From the IMG/VR virus record IMGVR_UViG_3300028837_003734, positions 1 to 64,000 of that record: a stretch of DNA of 64,000 nucleotides, one strand, 5' to 3'. A program made the position numbers and the translations under genes. The DNA comes from a virus. The first letter of the stretch is position 1. Every line of letters starts with the position of its first letter. The notes below the pieces were generated by a model that was given only the letters and a program-made list of their open reading frames with translations, was not told the DNA's origin and did not search any database. Positions 57,101 to 64,000 of the stretch are shown piece after piece.

Positions 57101-58351
57101 ATGACAGTTAAGAGTGGAATAAGTGAAAAGACCCCAGGTAGTATATTAGTGGACGCGGGTGCCATATATTTGAATTATGGTCTTCCGAATGTAAGGCTCT
57201 TGGGAGCTACTAGGGGCGGAAACGAATTTAATTTGAATAGAGTAACCAGAAATATAGAAATAGATGGTCTAAAAGGAGCAGTAAAAGGTTTAAAAAGAAT
57301 AACCGAAGTGAACCCTCAAATTACAGCAAACTTGATTGAACTTACAGTTGAAAATTTAGTATTAGCAATAGCAGGAGCGAAGGCTACGACTACTCCGACC
57401 ACAGATGTATTAGCTGAATATCTGGGAGTGGGAACTGCGGCAGTAGACGATTTTGATTGTAATCACCTTACGGTAGTACCTCTGTCGGAGAAAGTCTATA
57501 TAGATGAGGTTCTTGTGAGTAGAGTTCTGGTAGGAGATTCGCTTTTCATAGGCGTTAATGCAGCACAGAATAAAGGATTTGATTCAACAATAGGTGACTG
57601 GGCGGCAGGAACTGGTGGAACGTTCGTGAGTGCAGATGGAGGAGTAGTAGGTTTTGGAGGCAAATACACAGTAGGAGACGATCCTTCAACTGATTTACCG
57701 AGTTTGGATGATGACGATGGTTTGGTCTTGACGAATTTAGTAGCTAACAAGACTTACAAATTCGTTATCCGTGCAAAATTTGAAACTGCCTGGACCACTG
57801 GGGGAGTAGTAACTGTACACATAGATGGACAAGATTTCGCATTACCTGAGTTAACAGATTCTTATGCCCAAACTGTAATTTATTTTACAGCCTCAGGAAC
57901 AGATGCAACAATTACATTAACTTGCGCAACTGCACCGACGAAAAATGATATTTTATGGATAGACAGTTTAGAGTTTAATGAATATGAGGGAGATTACACC
58001 ATAGATTATACTACGGGAGATGTGCAGTTCATATTCGAAGGCGTTCCCGATGTAAATGAAGAAGTAACAATTGCGTATGCTTACTATACTCCCGGAACTC
58101 CAACCCACTATGCCATAACTGGAGGAGAAATAGAGGATTCCGACTATATAGATAACGTAGCACTAGTGGGTGAAATTTCTGGCAAGGGACAGCCGGTTAT
58201 CTGCGTAGTGAAAAATGCTCTTGCGGATGCAGGGTTCGCTTTAAGTACGGCACCAAGGGACGAATCGGTTCCGAGTATAGTTTTTACAGGCCATTACTCC
58301 GGAGCAACTGCAGACGAGGAACCCTGGGAAATAAGATACCCGCGAGTATAG
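57101..58351 (+). CDS. Major tail (tube) protein with CBM-like insertion
   Basis: DAGAIY..LGATRGG..R.IEIDG N-part and FTGHY..PWEIRYP C-part split by an insert of about 230 aa. Confidence 0.8.
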   Translation: MTVKSGISEKTPGSILVDAGAIYLNYGLPNVRLLGATRGGNEFNLNRVTRNIEIDGLKGAVKGLKRITEVNPQITANLIELTVENLVLAIAGAKATTTPTTDVLAEYLGVGTAAVDDFDCNHLTVVPLSEKVYIDEVLVSRVLVGDSLFIGVNAAQNKGFDSTIGDWAAGTGGTFVSADGGVVGFGGKYTVGDDPSTDLPSLDDDDGLVLTNLVANKTYKFVIRAKFETAWTTGGVVTVHIDGQDFALPELTDSYAQTVIYFTASGTDATITLTCATAPTKNDILWIDSLEFNEYEGDYTIDYTTGDVQFIFEGVPDVNEEVTIAYAYYTPGTPTHYAITGGEIEDSDYIDNVALVGEISGKGQPVICVVKNALADAGFALSTAPRDESVPSIVFTGHYSGATADEEPWEIRYPRV

Positions 58352-58378
58352 TCTTAATTTAAAAATTAACTAAGGAGA

Positions 58379-58870
58379 TTGGTAATGCCTGAAGAAAAAA
58401 AAGATAAGAGGACCTTCGAGAAAGAAATAGAGCCACTTATTGGTGATACACCTATTGTTACAATTAAAGGCAAAGAATACAAGATGAGACGCCTGGGGAT
58501 GGCCGATACTTTCAAGCTGGCCCGGATTATAGCCATCGGTGCAGCCGGCATAGGAAAAGAAATCAGTAGCTTAGAGATGACTCCGGAGGCTGCAATCGGA
58601 TTATTGATTGTGGGATTTCCCTATGCAGACCAACAAATCTTAAATTTATTTGCTGATGTACTCGGGGTCAAGCCCGAGGAGATAAGGAACCCCGATATAT
58701 TCCCGATGGGGTCAGAAATAGAAATAATCAAGGCCTTAGTTGAGCATATAGACGTGAAGGCTTTTTTTACCAGATTAACCGGGTTGCTGGAGATGCCGAT
58801 ATTGAAGGAGTTTTTGAAAAAAACCTCGACCTCATCCAGGAACGATACGGCTGGACCGACGAAGAAATAA
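58379..58870 (+). CDS. Tail assembly chaperone (G)
   Basis: Between tail tube and tape measure genes; slippery T TTT TTT at 58762-58768. Confidence 0.75.
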   Translation: MVMPEEKKDKRTFEKEIEPLIGDTPIVTIKGKEYKMRRLGMADTFKLARIIAIGAAGIGKEISSLEMTPEAAIGLLIVGFPYADQQILNLFADVLGVKPEEIRNPDIFPMGSEIEIIKALVEHIDVKAFFTRLTGLLEMPILKEFLKKTSTSSRNDTAGPTKK

Positions 58871-59157
58871 AATACCACATACCCTATGCCCGGTTTATGC
58901 AATTAGTCAGAGTCGCTTCCAGTCAAAAAGTAGAAGAGATTAGATTGAGGATGCGAGAACAGGCCTATCTGGGATGGCTGATATATCTATTGCAACCGAT
59001 TGCAATTAGAGAACACCGGATGACTTTTCAGGAATGGCTAAGAGGTTTGGGTCTTGCTGAAGGAGAGGAGAAAGTTGAAGACCTAGAATCAATGAAAAAG
59101 AAAGCCTTGCAGATAGCCAATAGAATAGTGGAGATGGATAAGAAACCTAGGAGTTGA
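58762..59157 (+). CDS. Tail chaperone -1 frameshift extension (GT)
   Basis: -1 frame is open from the slippery site: FYQINR..LDLIQERYGWTDEEI..PYARFMQ.. Confidence 0.7.
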   Translation, partial: FFYQINRVAGDADIEGVFEKNLDLIQERYGWTDEEIKYHIPYARFMQLVRVASSQKVEEIRLRMREQAYLGWLIYLLQPIAIREHRMTFQEWLRGLGLAEGEEKVEDLESMKKKALQIANRIVEMDKKPRS

Positions 59158-59163
59158 TAAATA

Positions 59164-62037
59164 ATGGCAATGGAAATCTTTAAATTAATGGGAACGGTTG
59201 CCATAAATAAAGACCAGGCTTTAAAAGATATTAAGGCAGTACAAGATCAAGCCAAGCGAGCCTCTACAGAAATGGGAGGCTCTTTTACTAAATTTAGCGG
59301 ATATGTGGAGCAGCATTCTGCCCAGATAAAAAAGGCTGGCAAGATGATGACCATATTCGGCGGGATTGCCACTGCTGTCTTTACCGTTGCGGTTAAAGGT
59401 GCGGCTGATTTCGAGACCCAATTAGCCAATGTCTCCACCATGCTTGACGCTTCAGCCATGAGAATTTTGCCGGAGTACAGAAAGGGTTTGCAATCTTTAT
59501 CCGTAGAATTTGGGGAATCAACTGAAACACTTTCTAAAGGACTTTATGATATTCTATCAGCCAGTATACCTCCCGCTGAGGCCTTAGGTGTATTGGAAGT
59601 TTCTGCCAGAGCAGCAGCTGCCGGCATCACCGATACTGGAGTGGCAGCCGATGCTATAACTACCATATTAAATTCTTATGGGTTTAGTGCTGATAAGGCT
59701 GGGATGGTGAGTGATAAATTATTTGCCATCGTCAAGGAAGGTAAGACTACCTTTGCTGAGTTGGCACCTTCGATCGGAAAGGTGGCTGCCACCGCTTCAA
59801 TGGCCGGATTAAGTTTTGACGACTTAGGTGCCTGTATTGCCACTATGACTAGGGCTGGTATCCGGACAGAAGAAACCATGACCGCTATTAATGGTGTGCT
59901 GATAGCATTTCTCAAACCAACCGATGAGGCCATAGCAGCAGCGGGAAAATTCGGTTTAGAGCTTAATACCACAACCCTTCAGACCGAAGGCCTGACCGGA
60001 GTAATGGAGAAACTGACCGACGCAACTGCTGAACAGCTTGCCGAAATATTCCCTAACATCAGAGGTTTAAAAGGAATGGCCGCGGCTTTAGGAGATGCCG
60101 AAGGGTATGCTAGAAGTTATGCACTAATGTTAGAATCGGCTGGTCTTACCCAGGAAGCCTTTGCTAAACAATCGGATACCCTGAATTTTAAACTGGATCA
60201 ACTGAAATCAATGTTTAATGTCATAAGAGTTACTATAGGCGATGCATTGATTCCCGCTGTGGAAGATATCACTGAAAAAGTTATGGGAGCCATCATAAAA
60301 GTTAAAGAATGGACCGAAGCAAATAAACCTCTTACCGAGAGTTTAGTCAAATGGGGGGCCGGTGTTAGTGGGGTGATGTTAGTCTTAGGACCACTTATGA
60401 TGATGCTTCCGGGCTTGGTTATTGCTTTGCCCAAGATTGTTGTTGCAATAAAAGCAATAAGTTTGGCAATATCGGGAGCTGTTGGTGGGTTAGCCCTGCT
60501 TTCACCCCAAGTAGCCGGAGCAATATTATTGACCTTGGCGGTTTATGATATTTATACAAAAGTAGTAAAGGTTTTAAAGGAGGGCGAAGGGATTTTAGAG
60601 GAAGGCAAAAGAATCAGGGAGGCTGAAGCTGGAGCTATTGAAGCTCAAACTAGAGCAAATGAAAAGCTACGAGAAGCTTATAACCTAACTGATGAGGAGA
60701 TGCAATATTGGATTGAGAATCACAAATTATCGGCCTCTGTGTTGGAACGGGTCGCACAGCATTCAAGAGATTTAGCTAAAATTCAATATCAATTAATTAG
60801 TACTGGAAGTGACCTTAGTGAAGTTACAGCAGAGACTACAAAGTCTTTTGAGGAGCTCGATGGGGCTATCCTAAATACGATTATCAAGGGAGGCGAGCTT
60901 TCTGAACAGCAAGAGGATTATATGGAAAGACGTAAGCGGGTGTCTGATCTTGACCGCACAGTAACTCAAAGGAAGATTGACGATTTAGATATGGAATGCA
61001 TTACTTTATTAGCTAATATGGATACTAATTTAATGACGATGGAGCAGATTGATGAATATAGGCAACTTATGCTTGATCATATTATTGCAGGATCTTCAGA
61101 GAGAGAAGAACATTTAAGAAATTTGCAAGAAGTTGAGGATAAGTTATTTGAACTAGAACATACCCAAGTTGAGGTTAGAATTAGAGATTTAGAAAAGGAA
61201 CGAGATGCCCGAATTGAGGCTGCAAAAGAAGCTATGCTGTCAGCAGAAAAACAGGCTGAAGCAATTGAGAAATTTAAAGAAGCCTTTGACAGGGAGAAAG
61301 CCTCGATTTTGGAACTTGCAATTGCGAGAAGTGAGAAGGAGATAGCCGGTATAAATGAAGCTATTGAACGTCGTAAAGAGGCAGGCGAGTCAATTGATGA
61401 ACTAATTAAAAAACGAAATGCAGAGATTGAAAATCTTAATAAATTAAAAGGGTCTTACGGCGAGACGGCTGTGGCTGCAGAAAAACTTGCCGCTGCGGAG
61501 GCCAAAAAGAAATTATTTAAAGTGGTTGATGCCGAAGGAAAGACAATTGGATTTAGGTCTCAGCATCAGTTGAGTCAAGAGGAATCCGCTGCTGGCGTAA
61601 CCTTAGTGCCTATGATGAAGGGTGGTTTGGTTCAAACTTTTATAAATGCTATTAAACATTTGGCTGGTGGTGGAACCACAGATACCGTTCCCATTATGGC
61701 CACTCCCGGAGAATATGTGATTAAAAAAGAAATGGTAGATTTTATCAGAAGGACCGGAATGGTGACCGGGGGTTTAGTAGAAGCAATTAGAAAAGGCCTA
61801 CCTACACCGAATCCTGCTTTTGCTGAAGGAGGAATAGTAGGAAGATGGACAGGAGCTCAGCTGGGTACTGCCCCTTCTGGGGGAGTTTGGAGCGGTAGCC
61901 TTGTTTTTGGCAGTGGGTCCATTGTTATAAATGCCAAAACTCTTGATGATGCTACTATAGACCAAGCGGGTGACAAGATAATGCAGGTAGTGCACAAAAA
62001 AGCCAGAGACGCTGGTTGGGTTTTCGGGAGGAGTTAA
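59164..62037 (+). CDS. Tail tape measure protein (TP901-like core)
   Basis: Ala-rich helical repeats, GKTTFAEL, TM-like segment, GG..TDTVPIM.TPGEYV. Confidence 0.9.
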   Translation: MAMEIFKLMGTVAINKDQALKDIKAVQDQAKRASTEMGGSFTKFSGYVEQHSAQIKKAGKMMTIFGGIATAVFTVAVKGAADFETQLANVSTMLDASAMRILPEYRKGLQSLSVEFGESTETLSKGLYDILSASIPPAEALGVLEVSARAAAAGITDTGVAADAITTILNSYGFSADKAGMVSDKLFAIVKEGKTTFAELAPSIGKVAATASMAGLSFDDLGACIATMTRAGIRTEETMTAINGVLIAFLKPTDEAIAAAGKFGLELNTTTLQTEGLTGVMEKLTDATAEQLAEIFPNIRGLKGMAAALGDAEGYARSYALMLESAGLTQEAFAKQSDTLNFKLDQLKSMFNVIRVTIGDALIPAVEDITEKVMGAIIKVKEWTEANKPLTESLVKWGAGVSGVMLVLGPLMMMLPGLVIALPKIVVAIKAISLAISGAVGGLALLSPQVAGAILLTLAVYDIYTKVVKVLKEGEGILEEGKRIREAEAGAIEAQTRANEKLREAYNLTDEEMQYWIENHKLSASVLERVAQHSRDLAKIQYQLISTGSDLSEVTAETTKSFEELDGAILNTIIKGGELSEQQEDYMERRKRVSDLDRTVTQRKIDDLDMECITLLANMDTNLMTMEQIDEYRQLMLDHIIAGSSEREEHLRNLQEVEDKLFELEHTQVEVRIRDLEKERDARIEAAKEAMLSAEKQAEAIEKFKEAFDREKASILELAIARSEKEIAGINEAIERRKEAGESIDELIKKRNAEIENLNKLKGSYGETAVAAEKLAAAEAKKKLFKVVDAEGKTIGFRSQHQLSQEESAAGVTLVPMMKGGLVQTFINAIKHLAGGGTTDTVPIMATPGEYVIKKEMVDFIRRTGMVTGGLVEAIRKGLPTPNPAFAEGGIVGRWTGAQLGTAPSGGVWSGSLVFGSGSIVINAKTLDDATIDQAGDKIMQVVHKKARDAGWVFGRS

Positions 62038-62388
62038 ATGGAGATTAAATTGGGCATTCTAGATTCAGAAATTCCTTTTTATTATGTAAATGTAAATGAC
62101 GAGACCATTAAGCCAAAATCTGAGCATGGAGTTATTTCAGGTGGTATTAAGTTTCAGGAAGCTCATAACTCCCACAAAGTTTATTCTTTTGAGTTTGTCT
62201 ATTTAACTTATGCTGAGAAAGTAGCTTTGGAAGCGATCTTTGTTCTACCAAATATTTTAAATGTCAAGTTTGAAACTGAGAGTTTTGATGTTAATCATAG
62301 CATAAAATTCAGAAATCCGTTTAGTGTGATCCGTAGCCAGAGAATACCATCTGGCTACGAAGCTACTATTGTGGGGGTGGAGGTTTAA
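62038..62388 (+). CDS. Distal tail-like protein
   Basis: Position after the tape measure gene. Confidence 0.5.
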   Translation: MEIKLGILDSEIPFYYVNVNDETIKPKSEHGVISGGIKFQEAHNSHKVYSFEFVYLTYAEKVALEAIFVLPNILNVKFETESFDVNHSIKFRNPFSVIRSQRIPSGYEATIVGVEV

Positions 62389-62391
62389 TTT

Positions 62392-64000
62392 GTGCAAGAT
62401 TTAAAGGGCTTGGCTACTACGGATTTTGATGTAAAGTCACATGTAGCTGTGGGAAAAATAAAGGTTGATACAACGGGTTGGAATAATTTTCAGGAATTAC
62501 CCGACGTCGAATCATGTAGAATTAGCAGCAATTTAATCGATGAAGTAATGTTGTTTTCAGCTGCAAGTTTTACTATAACCTGTTTGAATACTGATGATAG
62601 ATATTCGTGGTTAGATGAGGGGGCGACCCATTATAATTGGTTACGCCAGGGAAGAAAAATTAAATTATACATTGGAATTAGGGTAAGTGATACAAATTAC
62701 CATTGGAAATGGATTACCGGCAGGATAGATGAACCTAAATTTACTCAGGAGGCAGGCGAGGAGATTTGTACTATAACTGGCAGATGCCTTATGAGAATGC
62801 TCATTGAAAATAGAATGAAGCAAGTTTATTGGGGGGCTCAGAGATTTTTTAATACTTATGATAGTAAAGATGAATATCCAATGCCGGCAGGTTGTACGGG
62901 AGTTCGTTGTACGGGGGTTCACCGGGCTTTTCTCGATGCGAAATATCCTTATGATGGCACTAACTTGAAGGAAATTACTCTCAATTCGGGCTGGACTTAC
63001 GACTGGACAACTAATATATTCTTGTTATTAAGAAATATTATTCCTTATTATGACGGTAATAATAATTTGGTGGTTTATTATTTCAAATCTCAGGTTCCGG
63101 AGGAAGTAGTTGCCGATATTTTAGTTGAATCAGGATTTCTAAGAGAAGATGAACGTATATCCTGGCTTGCAAATAGTGATTACGTAACGCCTACCGGTAA
63201 AACTATTGACAGAGTTTGGTTTAATAAGGGAACCACTTGTTTGGAGGCCCTTAGGTTGGTAGCGGAGGCAGTTCAGTATCGATTTTATCCCGATCACGAT
63301 GGCAATCCTATTTTTAAGCCACCGCCAACTTCCAGCGCTGCGGTTAAGTTAATAACTGTAGATAATATTACTATTAATAATCGCAGGGAGTTAGTTGGTG
63401 AAGTTAAAAATCATATAATTGTTAAAGGTGAGGAGAGAAAGAAATTAGTTAAAATACCAACCGTTACCACTCATGCAGCAACTGTTGATGTTGATCTTGA
63501 AGTTGCGATATTGTATGGAGTAATGGATTCAGATGGTAAGGGTGGCGTGAATAGAAGAGGATTTCAGTGGGGTGTTGCTTTACTTGCTACCGGAGATTGG
63601 TATGAAGATGGTCCTTTTGAAATAGGACAGTTTGAGCATCAATTGACTGAATCGGAGTTAGATGATTTTGTGCTTGAGGACGGGAATATAACAATTTATG
63701 ATATTAGTGTTGCTGCGGATAAGATTAATGTATCCTTTAGCATTTCTACAGGCACGAAGATCTATTTTAGCTCAACTGACACTCTGCCTGACCCTCTGGT
63801 TGCGGGAACAGCATATTATGCCATTAAGACGGATCCGTTGCGTATTCAGGTAGCAGCAACAAAGGATGATGCTTTAGCGGGAATCCAGATAGATTTAATC
63901 GATCGGGGAATTGGAGTTCATACCGTGACATTGAGCATAGGTCACTGGTATCGGGCATTTGTAAGAAATTCACAAGGAATGTTTTTTGGTAAATGGATTT
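62392..64000 (+). CDS. Tail hub/baseplate-like protein, truncated by the window end
   Basis: GTG start after ggagg; frame open to the end; contains a GTKIYFSSTDTLP..YYAIK domain shared with 54270. Confidence 0.65.
   Translation, partial: MQDLKGLATTDFDVKSHVAVGKIKVDTTGWNNFQELPDVESCRISSNLIDEVMLFSAASFTITCLNTDDRYSWLDEGATHYNWLRQGRKIKLYIGIRVSDTNYHWKWITGRIDEPKFTQEAGEEICTITGRCLMRMLIENRMKQVYWGAQRFFNTYDSKDEYPMPAGCTGVRCTGVHRAFLDAKYPYDGTNLKEITLNSGWTYDWTTNIFLLLRNIIPYYDGNNNLVVYYFKSQVPEEVVADILVESGFLREDERISWLANSDYVTPTGKTIDRVWFNKGTTCLEALRLVAEAVQYRFYPDHDGNPIFKPPPTSSAAVKLITVDNITINNRRELVGEVKNHIIVKGEERKKLVKIPTVTTHAATVDVDLEVAILYGVMDSDGKGGVNRRGFQWGVALLATGDWYEDGPFEIGQFEHQLTESELDDFVLEDGNITIYDISVAADKINVSFSISTGTKIYFSSTDTLPDPLVAGTAYYAIKTDPLRIQVAATKDDALAGIQIDLIDRGIGVHTVTLSIGHWYRAFVRNSQGMFFGKWI

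Noticed and set aside
62891-62920. 15-bp tandem duplication in the tail gene
   Set aside because: In-frame micro-duplication (CTGV x2) with no sign of a diversifying system; no reverse transcriptase in the window.
4077-62922. Other minus-strand ORFs in the track
   Set aside because: Nearly all are shadows of well-supported + strand genes with Ser/Phe/Leu-biased composition.

Overview
A 64-kb stretch of a tailed dsDNA (siphovirus-like) phage or prophage, AT-rich, with essentially all genes on the + strand. Gene order: a cluster of Xer/dif-like sites (1-230); early, recombination and replication genes (Gam/gp157-like, Gp3-like recombination protein, sigma70-r4/RNAP alpha-CTD fusion, SbcD/SbcC, initiator with internal iterons, DnaB); accessory genes; a DNA-modification cluster (radical SAM, PAPS reductase, five methyltransferases); then terminase, portal, MuF head protein, two very large enzyme-bearing head-region proteins, scaffold, capsid, neck, tail, frameshifted tail chaperone and tape measure. 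The standout is at 19.7-22.0 kb. A 310-aa RuvC+Nop-domain protein sits inside about 16 stem-loop units of the form stem-(G)CTA-N9-TG..loop..(G)CTA-N9-TGC-stem. It is IS110-related but lacks the catalytic Ser loop and the first RuvC Asp. This reads as a TIGR-Tas-like dual-spacer RNA-guided system with a variant box motif and a probably inactive nuclease. Other notable items: three covarying hairpins before a TerD-like-domain gene, followed by a raiA-motif-like RNA; ligase and methyltransferase polyproteins tied to an XkdF-type prohead protease; a repeat-rich 0.9-kb non-coding block; and an overprinted, doubly disrupted C5 methyltransferase. All calls come from reading motifs by eye; no searches were run.
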